From Magallana gigas (lineage: Eukaryota), in assembly GCF_963853765.1 (NCBI RefSeq), contig NC_088860.1, forward strand, positions 10,230,001-10,294,000: 64,000 nucleotides of DNA, in the 5' to 3' direction. Positions 45,557 through 56,900 of this stretch are shown in pieces (position 1 is the stretch's first letter; each line of letters begins with the position of its first letter). The position numbers were made by a program, and so were the translations under genes. The notes under the pieces were generated by a model, which saw nothing but the letters and a program-made list of their open reading frames with translations, was not told the DNA's origin and made no database searches.

Positions 45557-47591
45557 TTGGATAATACATAAAATGTGTATTTCTTATGCCCATTGATATT
45601 AGGTAGAATGGGTAAGTCTTATGTCAGATAGTACGTAGAACAGGTATGTCTTATGTCAGATAATATGTATACTCTGTCCCAAGATATCCTGGATTCACAT
45701 TTTGCTTAATTGCTTGATATTTATACATTTGTAATTACCTCAAGGTTCAAACGATTTTCTTTTAAAAGTATGAAAAATTTCCAAGATTTCTAAGTCGAAA
45801 CGCCCGTTAGCTTATCAGGTTTTAATACATGTACAATGCCAAAAAATGTGATGTCTACGGGGATTTTGTATTGCAGCAAGCCCAGTTGATAACGTTGAAA
45901 AATTGCACGATGTATTCCAAGTGTAGAAAAGATGTAATCATTCCCCATTATAAATCAACGTAGGGAATGTTCGTTCCTGTGATTTTTTCTGAGTGAAAGA
46001 TAATAATGTGTCAATGAAATTATCTTGGAAATTATCCCTTTTAACTATTTCAATTGCACTTCTTTCACAGGTATGTGTATTTTTATTAAAAATCGTCCAA
46101 ATGTGCTGCATAAATATCTTGGGACAGACTATAGAACGAGAGAGAGAAAGATACTTCAGAAAGTTACATGTGCTTAATACACCAAATAAGCTTGTTAAAT
46201 ATCGTTGGAGCTAGGCCCTAAATTAGTTGAAGTCCTATGGTCATGTTCCATTTGGTTTCCTCGCAAATCTTGCAAGTTTTAGTCCAAGTTTAATGAAAAA
46301 AAATAATGAATATAAATGTAAATTAAGTCATACAAAGAAATTAATAGAAGTCCTTTATATGTATGTGTAGTGTTTTTTTTTATTTGTTTATGTTAGTTTT
46401 AATGCATAATAAAGATGTTTTGTTTTATTTGTCGTCATATAATCACTAGGTAGCCTAATGGCATCCTAACGACATTGGTCGTCTTAGGCAGAGGCCTAAT
46501 AATGTTAGGTGCACAGGCCCTATTGCTTGGTGCCTAACGCCTAATGGTGGCCTAATCTTGTTAGGTAGCAAGAAGCCCTATTATTTGGAGCCGAATAGAT
46601 GCCTAATAGGAGCCTAACTATGTTAGGCTGTTATCTAGTATAAATACATCGTCGGAAACCCACGGTCGGTCTCGCTTCTCTTAGAAGCGAGACCGACCGT
46701 GGGTTTCCGACGATGGTATAAATATAGGTTGAGAAAATGTGTAGAAGCACTTCTCCATTATTCCTGCCTTACTTGCTGTAATATTGGTGTACAATACAAT
46801 TTGTTATACAAAAGTACGGTGTTATTCTTCATTGATCTATAAAGATCACAAATCCGGCGCATGTGTTGCGGGTTGCACAGGACCGAAGTAATTTTTGTGA
46901 CGTCTGAGGTTGAAGTGGAGTTATACATATTTGTTAACATCATCACCCCCAGTCGTGTTACAAATGTTATTATTCAAATTAAGTGTAACAAGTTAACCAA
47001 GCGCCTAATGTGGCACACGTTTTAGGGTAACGACTCATAGGTCCCCGCGAGATTACATTATAAGTTAAACATTTCAATTTTTTATACTTACACTTATTAC
47101 AGCACCTTCCTCAGTCAAAACCAAATATCCAAGAGAGTCTTGAATCTTATCAACCCCTTGAACATTTGCCATTATGATCTAAAATAAAAAGAAAATGGTG
47201 TTTTTATTGTTAAGTATTTTTGAAAGTATATAAATTTTCTAATGCACTTGGTACTTGCACAATTGGACAGTTTGAGAGCATTACATAGGCAGATACTGAG
47301 ATAGGCTCTAATAACAACTAAAGTTGTACAATCCTATTCTCTTTTGAGAAGTGGACAGGCATTGTAGGCTATGCCTGCCTGTCCACTTCTCAAAAGAGAA
47401 TCTAGAATAGTACAATCCAAGTGAATGATTTGCTTTAACCAACAATAGGGCACATAATGAATCATAATCATAAACAAAATGAAATAAAATGCATACCATA
47501 AACTCAAAATCAGAATGGAGAAAATCTCCCAAAAAAAATAATCTTACTCACCACCACTTAGCAGACAACCGGAAGTACTGGTTTTCATCAT
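43075..47591 (-). CDS. Uncharacterised ~123-aa protein, 4 exons
   Basis: Exons 47552-47591, 46773-46903, 44073-44190, 43075-43157; GT-AG with matching phases 1/0/1; 372 nt. Protein MMKTSTSGCLLSGDVTKITSVLCNPQHMRRICDLYRSMKNNTVLLYNKLYCTPILQQSGGDLQNAEALADRLTKLVYTASRIPVSPDRRETFHKISGYMSARDHIILKTQLWLKDTERLLCIK. No family recognised; N-terminus uncertain; last acceptor is weak. Confidence 0.6.
45181..45337. repeat. ~157-bp imperfect foldback palindrome
   Basis: aaggaattattctttgagtattatgaggtgataatttc pairs with gaaattatcacctcataacattcaaagaatgattcctt; inner pair gatcaaatc/gatttgatc. Confidence 0.8.
45522..45554 (+). repeat. (AG)n microsatellite
   Basis: About 16 AG units. Confidence 0.95.
45670..46135 (+). 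repeat. Diverged ~460-bp repeat, inverted partner of 48355-48815
   Basis: Collinear shared blocks with the reverse complement of 48355-48815 (ccccattataaatc, gaaacgccc, cttttaac, ctttcaca, ttattaaaaatc, cttgggaca). Confidence 0.75.
46647..46715. mobile_element. 69-bp perfect hairpin MITE with 9-bp target-site duplication (Mutator-like)
   Basis: 33-bp perfect inverted arms, 3-nt loop (ctt); gtataaata directly on both sides (46638-46646, 46716-46724). Confidence 0.85.
47336..47401. mobile_element. Palindromic mini-element, copy 3
   Basis: attctcttttgagaagtggacaggca ... tgcctgtccacttctcaaaagagaat, perfect 26-bp arms. Confidence 0.75.
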
Positions 47592-47904
47592 GTGACCTCA
47601 ATTCTCGTTAGTAAAAAAACTAGAACAAGATTAAATAAAAGCTTTCTGTTATGTTTATGATTTTCATGGAACCAAACTTTGGTGTGTGTTTTATCACTCA
47701 TTTTGATGCCGAGGAAAAATAAGGCACAAAACGCCTTCCACCCGCAAAAGCATTTTTTCATATAGGAAGTCACGTGAACAGATACGAGATGTTGAAAATG
47801 GTGGGCCCTTTGACACCTCCTTCGCAAATCGATAGATAAATCTAGTTGTCTTTAAAGTATGAGGAACTTTGACACACATAATAAATTATGGTTTATTGAA
47901 AGCA
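47569..47904. promoter_or_regulatory. Bidirectional promoter between the unknown gene and UVRAG, with ETS and E-box (CLEAR/M-box) motifs
   Basis: Divergent ATGs at 47591(-) and 47905(+); CCGGAAGT 47569-47576; TCATGTGAC 47588-47596; GGAAGT 47765-47770 overlapping GTCACGTGAA 47769-47778. Confidence 0.65.
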
Positions 47905-50900
47905 ATGGATTTTGTCAATACATCAAACGTTTTTGAGCTTCCAAGTTATCAGGTTAGATTTTTTTATTTATGAGATGCTGAATATTGATTTCAGCTTGTA
48001 CAGAATATTAACACATCTGTACCTCTGTACTTATGCATTTATATAATGTAAACATTATGCCAGTCATATGTTGCAATTTTACAGGTAACATATATTTTCG
48101 TATTATTTTATTTCTTAGTTAAACAACCCTACAAGAATTATATATATTTATCGTCAAGTACACGCAAGGGGAGTTTATAAAAAAAATAATAATAATAAAA
48201 GTAGGACCCTCTTTTGGGGGTAAAATCGGGTTAAGTGAATTTTTGGCGTTCCTATCCTTCTATTTTTATGCATGCACATACAATGTATTTAATATATATA
48301 TTTACAATAACTTCCAGCGCTCATGGATACATACATCTATAATTGGTTACTATACTTATAGTTTGTCCCAAGTTATTGCTTCCATCGCTTTTTGATGATT
48401 TTTAATAAAATTACACATACTTGTGAAAGAAATACAGTTGAAATCGTTAAAAGGGAATATATCCAAGATATCTTCATTGAACAATTATCCCTTTCCACTC
48501 AAACGAAAACAGATTCCTTACGGAGATTTATAATGGGGAATGTTTACATCTTCTCTCCATTCGGAATACATTGCGGAATTTTTTAACGTTATCATCCGGG
48601 CTTATTAATGGCTGTTGCAATGCAAAATCTCCGTAGACTTTCAATTTCGGGATGTGTATTGAAACCTGATGCGGTAGAGGGGGCGTTTCAAAACAGATAA
48701 TCTGGACATTTTTTATATTGGTGGATGAACGTAGTTTGAGCACAAAGGTATTTACTATTATTGAAATATCAAGCAAAAAGTGGTGGAAGCAAAAACTCGG
48801 GACAGAGTATAAGTAGATTGAAAAAGTTAAACCCAGGATATCTATATACAAATATAGAACTCTAAGTGGGATCACAGGACAGTATCCCAATTTGGACCCT
48901 GGGCAAGTTGACTCCCCAGAAATTTTTTAAAAGTGATAAACACAAAATATTCCTTAAATCTATAAAAATCTGAAAACAATGAAGAAAATTTAATTTTCAT
49001 ACCACCCCTTACCCTCACATACATGAGAAAAAAAATGAAAAGTATGCTTCTTTGGTTTGTTTACATCATTACTCCTCATAACATTTCAAAACAATGTAAC
49101 CTGTTGCCACTTTAATTTTTGAACAATTACAGCTATACTCTAGCATTAGGAACCTGCGTCAATCACTGAATTCATTAAGAATCTTGCAAATGTAGCATCA
49201 CCTTATTTTAATGTCTTCAAAAGATGGTTTTCCATTTATAATTCTAAATAAAACTTACATTGTTTGAAAGAGAATGCATTAAATTTTCATGCTGAGTATT
49301 TTCTCACTTTCAAAAAGTCGTGCTACACAAGCTTTGCTTACACCTCTGTCAAATAGTCTGTAACATGATCAAAACAAGCATTGAAAGCACATGGTATTGT
49401 TGATTCATTTCTTCTGTACAATCAGCTTGAAGGGAAGATGTTAACTGGCAACGACTTTGCAAGTTTAAATTTTAAAAGCATGAGGAGAAATTAAAACTAC
49501 TACTATAGTCTTTTGTAATCTTATTAAACCATGTCAAATTAGATGGATTTTTTTTTTTCAAAGTAATTGTAACATATTTACATAAGTTACCATAGATGAC
49601 ATGTACACTCTGATATGGGTTTTCATATGAGGAATCTTAAATTTTTGCAAGGAAATAAATATCTGCATCTGATTTTCTCAGATATGATGTTATCTTATAT
49701 TGACTCAAGATTTTTACTTCAGCTACTGTTTCAAATCAAAGTGGCATACATTTTCTTACTAAACGTGACGTCTTAATTTAACATTACGTCGGTTTCATTC
49801 AGCAAAACATGGTTACTCCAATGTATGTTGTATAAAAGCTGTTGGTTAGAAGTAACGGTGCTCTTTATCTAACTCTGAGCACTGTTGATTAATGTCAGAT
49901 GATTGAAATAAAATGGAAAAGTAACAAAATAATACAGTTAAAAAGGGCAGATTTTTGAATTAATGTGGAGCATTTAATGCTGTTTTATATTTTTATTCAT
50001 AAATTGATAAGAATATGTTCAAAAATGAAATGGTTTTTTTGTTAAAGTGCTTGGAACCTTTTTTCATGCATAAAGTTGTTGACTTCTTGTAGTAAATAAG
50101 TTCTGCGGCTCATGATTATGATGTTTATACAAAAGATTGAACTCCAACAGAAGACGTTGTATAACATGTGATTAAAGCAATCTCTCATGATTTGCAATGA
50201 TAAATGATTTTTATCCAATTTATGTGTTTTCTAACTAAAAAACACACAACATTTACAAGTTAAAATCATATACATGTACCATCTCTAATCATCAGAGATC
50301 CTGTGTATGTATGTCAGGTAGTCCCCTTCCAGAACCACAAACTCACAGAATCAACTAATGGTACCGAATGAGGGTACTTTATCAATGATTATGATACATA
50401 ACTCTTACATATTAATAATTAATATAATTAACAAAAATTCCTACATTCATTACTGATACTTGTAACAAAAATTCCTACATTCATTACTGATACTTGTAAC
50501 AAACTTCTTGATTTATATTGCATTTGGGTTTAACCAAAAATCAGAAAAAAAAATCCAACAGCTGTATGTTGAGGAGACTTGCATAACAAGATATTTCCCC
50601 TTCTAATTGACACTCGGTACAAAGTTTACATACAGGAAAACTGAGTTGGTTCTGATGATTGAGCCAGTTAAATGATTATCATTCTATTATACATGTATCT
50701 AAACTGTTGAGTGTCCATTGTCAATTTTTGTGGTTATACGCACTCCAAAACTGCATATACTGGAAAGTGCAGGGTTATTGAGAATCATATATAAAATCAT
50801 CAGCTCTTCTTTATTTTCTTTTTAGATGTTCTAGCATTCTGTCACTACATTGTATAAATATTAAGTGGTACATGTGTATTAGAAATAACATTGAGAGTAA

Positions 50901-53900
50901 ATGATTATATAATATGAAATGCATTAAACAGAGATATGTTTATTTCCTATTCATATAATATATACTGGTTCAATAAATATTACTATAGCGGACCAAAATT
51001 AGCTAATCGTCCATTTTCATAAACAACCATCCTTTTCTTATCATAGAGGCGATTGCGCCATTTGAAGCTGGTCGCTGTACGAAATTTGAAATGCCAATTT
51101 CAATCGGGAAAAGAACTGAGCGATCTAGAGACATTTTTCTGTCTCCACAAGGACAGAGATAGCAAAGGTATTGAACGTACTAACACATATGTGACTATTA
51201 TAAAAATCAGTCCTTTTTTTCTACTGTGTGATGATAAAGTACTAGTATTTGACAATGTCATATGTTAACTGTTGATGTCATTGTATCACGTGCATGGAGA
51301 CGTTTAGCATTGACTTGTGTAGGACTTGCTGACTTGTGTCACATCATACTAATATTCAATTCAGTTCAATGGTTTATTGACATCACCATGTTGGCATACA
51401 GTCAAAATGAAATCAAATGACAGACAAAAGAAAATTATAACATAAAGGCTACAGCATGCAAAACAGTTTCATACAATACTTCATAGTCCCTGGAACTGTT
51501 TTCTCTGCATAAAACATTTATCCAAGTAGATACATAGACATTTTGTAGCATTATAATCACATGGATTAACAATTTCTTTTATGGGATCAATACCACAGTA
51601 CAATTTATCATTAAAAATATAAATAAAATATAGATGATATCAGTTATCCAGCACATGAAAACAAGTACTCTCAAAGTTTCCATTTACAATACATGTACTG
51701 TAATATACACTGAGTCAACATTTAGCATAGCATACCAAGGTAGGGTCAATAAGAACTGATAGCTATACCTTATTTATTGGTATTTTCATTACCCAGTTTG
51801 GAACGCAAAGTTTTTATTTTATTAAATCAAGTACGGTAAAAGTATCTGGTGACTTACGGTAATTTTCTGAGATTTTGTTGATAGCACTCGCCAACAAATT
51901 AATTTTCTCAAAAATTCTGAGACCTGGTCTTTATTTGATGTCAGTAAATCTATATATATCCACTCAAACCTTTAAAAACAATTGACTGTCCATGAAACTT
52001 TGTTCCTACAAATATAATTTTTTTGCAGATTCCACAGTATCGTATATATTCCAATTAAATCAACTGTATTTGACAAATATAATTTGGTTAAAATCTTATT
52101 TTATAGAAATGCAGTAAAATTAATCATGTCCACAATGTATCGTACAACTATACTATCATAATTCAATATTTTGTGTTGTTCATGTCTGAATAAATATTGA
52201 CTAGGTCTTTGATTTGTATTCAGAGTTCTACCAAAGTGAAAGAATTACAGCATCTCTGGTGAGTACATGAAGCTAACTCAATTTGCCTTCATGATTCTGT
52301 TATGGCCTGCAGATATAGTTCACTTAGAACACTCGGATGACATAATGATATCCACTTTCATATGTTGTCATGTGTTAATCATAAACTTTGGAGTATTTTC
52401 AGCCTCTTCTCATAAAATCCTTAGCCAGTCTTGACCGTATTTGGTGTGAAGCATGTGTAAGGCAGGGAAAACAAAAACATGTTTATCCCCCACCCTTAGG
52501 GGCAATAAGTTTTTGGTTAAAATTGTTAAACTAAAAATCTCTTTTTACCTGGGTATTCCTGTGCATCTGCTAGCAGACAAACTAAGGAAATTATAAGTTA
52601 TGATAAGCAAGGAAGTCTCAACCAAAATTGTGAAATATGGGATCTCTCTGTGAGAATTATGTTCTTGTGTTATCATGCAGCTGGTGTAATTGGTTATATT
52701 ATATACTAGTAAAAATTCAATTATTCTTTCCAAAAATAATTCTTTTTCTTGACATCTAGCAGACCAAATGAGTGCATGGTTAAGATGTACATAAAACTTT
52801 AAAAGATGCTAACAAAATTGTATTGTAAAATTATTGACCCCTTGGTCAATGTTCTGGTAGGGGTCTTTTGATTATGATATTGAAATTCATTACTGTACAC
52901 AGGGAAATATTCACCTTATCTTATTTTTGCCCCTTTTACCCACATTGTCAGCAGGCAAATTTAAGACTACCGGTAGGTGAATTCTTATGTCTCAAATTAT
53001 CTCTCTTTAAACACAATTACATATGTATTTCTAGATGAATTTAAGATTGGGCGAAACCATTTGCAAGTAAAGAAAGGGGAAAATAACCTTGTAAACAGTA
53101 ATTTATTTTTGTATAATTCTTCAGTTCTTAGCTCCTTTAAGTCTAGCAGACAAAATGAGTGTATGTTAAGTCTCTACCAAATTTATGATGCTAAAAGTTG
53201 TCATAACAACCCTTCTCCCACCTAAGAACCCTTTTCTTTTACTCATGTGTCAAGAATTGTATAATACCCTGAATACTGCTCAGATCTGCAATCTTTGGAT
53301 GCATCCTTCTTTTCAAATTTTTTTGCAAGCCAACATCAATTACATAATGAACTGGAAAGTATTGCAATAATTAAATACAGAAACCATTCCTCAGTCTTTG
53401 TTGGGCTATTTTATACTCAGATGTCCCTTAATGCCTGTTAGCCTCTTGTATATTTAATTACCAATTTCTATGAAGTGATATAATTGGTGTTGATATTTCA
53501 TTGATTGCTTTAAGCAAGATCTGAGATTTTTATGCAACAAGGAAGTTTGAATTATTGCTTGTCTTTGACAAGTACCGGTGCAATCATGTGCTGTAGGACA
53601 CTAGTTGATCATTGAAATATTTTCTATTTTAATCGGATAAAGTCATTGCATTCCAATGCTTTATTATGCTGAAAATCATCATAATACATAATATGAATAA
53701 TACAGAGTTTGTTTTGTTTTTATTCACAATAGAATCCTTCCTGGCAGAGCTTCGATATTAGCAGATATGAGGACAAAATTAACACCACTAGTCAATGTAT
53801 CCTTTACAATTATAAAGCTCAAAATCTTTTTGTAGATCTACAAAATAAATATAGAATTGTTCTTTTCCTCTCGGGAAACACTCTACTTTGTTGATATTTA

Positions 53901-56900
53901 ATTTTTTTATACAGAGCATAGGAAGATTTTTCAAAACTTAATTGATACATGTATTTTAGTTAAAACATGGACAAATTCTTTTTACACCTCATGACTTGAT
54001 ATGTATCAAAGATGATAAACATTGATTTTGAAATTCCTAGCCAAAACTGATTTTCACTCACAATGGAATGAATTTAGACAATTTGCACAAAGTCCATTGT
54101 GTAATGTTAACATGATTCCAATTAGTACATGTACTTAAAGAGGCATCTCTGATTTATAACATGTATTTCTCTGCCTGTACATTCTGTTTCAGAAGGAAAT
54201 AGACATATTTTCTAATTTTCATGCCTAATTTATAAACTTAACTCCAACAGCTCTGCTGGTACGAGTCTGGGTAAAGAACAAGACAAGTACCCGCCTCCTC
54301 CTGGACTGGATGGTGGAGCTAAACGCCCTGGAATATCTCGCAGACAAGGTAATGTTTACCCATCAATTAGACGATGCTAACCCATACACCCAGGGTAATG
54401 CTTAATGTTCCACCCCAGGTAATGCTTACCCACCCACAAGGTAATGCTATCTTATCCATCCCACTTCCCTATCCATCCCAGGTAATGTTTACCCATCCAC
54501 CCCAGGTAATATTTACCAATGTTTACCCTTCCACCCCAGGTAATATTCACCTATCCACCCCAAGTAATGCTTACTTATTCACCCCAGGTAATATTTACCC
54601 GTCCACCTAAGTAAATGCTTACCCATCCACCCCAGGTAATGTTAAATTACCTATCCACCGTAGGTAATTCTCACCTGCCTACAAGGTAATGCCAACCTAT
54701 TCACCCCAGGAAATGGTTACCCAACCATATCCTGGTAAAGCTTACCCATCCCCAGGTAATGTTTCCTCATCCACCCCTCATCCACCCCTAGTAACATGCT
54801 TACTCATCCACCTCAGGTCAAGTTTGTCTACCCATCCCCAGGAAATGCTTACCCATCCAACCAAAGTTATATTTTCCTATCTACCCAAGTAACCTGCCTA
54901 CTCATCCACTCAAGCTAACCTGCTTACCTACTCATCCACTCCAGGTAATGTTTACACACCCAGGTAATGTTTACCCATCCACCTCTATTAATATTTACCT
55001 ACCTACAAGGAAATGCCTACCTATCCATGTAATGCTTAACCACCCATCTCGAGGTAAAACTTGCCCATCCATTCTAGGTAATGATTACCAGCCAATTATC
55101 AGGTAATTTTTACCCATACACCCCAGGTAATGCTAACTAATGTTTACCCATCCACCCAAGGTGATATTTACCTATTCACCCCAGGTAATGATTACTTACC
55201 TATCCCCAAGTAATGCTTACTCATCCACCCCAAGATGGTAATGCCTTCCTACCCACCTCCAGCTAATGTTTACCGATCCACCCCAGGTACAGCATACCAA
55301 CTGATCCTCAGGTAATGTTTACCCATTTACCTAATGTAATGTTTACTCACCTATCTAATTAATGTTTGCCCATTCACCTCATATAATGCTTCCCACCCAT
55401 CATTAGAAAGTGCTTACCCATGTACCCCATGTATTGTTTACTCATCCACCACAGGTAATGCTTGCCTGCTCATAGTCAGACAATGCTAACTCATCTACCT
55501 GAGGTAATGCTTATCTATTCAACTCAGGTAATGCTTACCCATCTACATCAGGTAATGCATATCCATTTGCCTCAGGTAATGCTTATCCATCCACCCCAGG
55601 TAATGTTTACCCTTTCATCAGGGAATATGAACTAATCCACCTAGAAAATCTAGATTTTGTAATTTATGCATTGTATCATTCAAAGACTGAAACATACTTA
55701 GTTTAATACAGACCATTTCTGAATGATGGTAGATGACAACAAACATGTTAAAACAGTGTAACTGGTAAATACATCTTTCTGTATATCTCATATGTAAAAC
55801 ATATTACTTATTTTATATATTAGCTCCAGCAGGATAAAGGCATTAAGTATGCTCCAAACACTCTCATCTTTGGAATGTTTGATCAATTCTTCAGAGCCCC
55901 TGAAGTGAAGCCTGTGGTAAGATCTTTTTTGCATAACATTACATACATATATGTTTAATATATTGTTTAAATTAGGCATTTCGAATCTCTTGAGGGCCCT
56001 TAATTATTGAATAAATGATGAACATATGCTAATGCTGTCTGACTGTTAACCATTTATCAGTAATGTATTTGCAAAATACTGGTTTATCTATGAAGAAAAA
56101 TGTAATTGTAATTCAAGACTAACATGCATATACATGTATATGGATATCAAGTATTGTTTTTTTGCCCGCCAATGGTAAGTTTGGAATAGAGGCAATTTTC
56201 TGAATTTGATGTGTAAAATGAGATTGGGATATGTTTACAGGGAGTGGGTGTTGGAGACCCAGGAGTTGAGGCAGAAGATGATAAATCCAATAAGTCACAA
56301 TCTGTGAGCACACAGTGCTTCCTCAAGGTGGAAATAGCCAGCACCAAGAAGTCTTACACAGCCAGTTCTTTGTCCAGGTAAATGTAAAAGTATGTGAGAC
56401 AAGCAGCACATGTAACAGTTCACAGTCAGCTTTCTAAAGCCTAGCCTTGAAGAAATTATAACCTGTACTCATTTTCTTGAAACATAGTTTGGGCTTACAC
56501 TAAACAATCTGAAAATCCCTTAAATACCTAGCAAATTGACTGCGTCAAGATTTTCTCTAATTCATACCCAATTTTGTGGTACACCTTGATAACTGAGTTC
56601 AAACGTTTGTCCTTTGGAAGACGAATTATCTTCCAGATGGATTCTAATTGGAAGAAAACTGAGATTGTAGGGATAGAGAAAATTAATCAAATCTTCACTG
56701 CAGTATTAAGTGTCCCATAATATAAGGCAGTACATAGATTTGACTTAGTAGAGACCTACTGATGTGTCTCATATTTTTCAATATTTAAATGAAAACCTTG
56801 AAGGACTCCTTCCTTTAAACTGATAAAGAAATTCTATTGTATATCTTACAGAATATACACCGTCTTAAGAGCAATCAAGCAAACTCAAGCCTCGGTACAT

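Noticed and set aside
46445-46630. Interstitial telomeric repeat
   Set aside because: The words are TTAGGC-like rather than TTAGGG, dispersed and in both orientations.
48392-48586. Protein-coding constraint in the inverted repeat pair (IFNKxTHTCER frame open in both copies)
   Set aside because: Codon-by-codon differences are mostly non-synonymous and the frames diverge after about 35 codons.
54374-54892. Pro/Thr-rich ORFs in the track
   Set aside because: They are translation artefacts of the intronic minisatellite.
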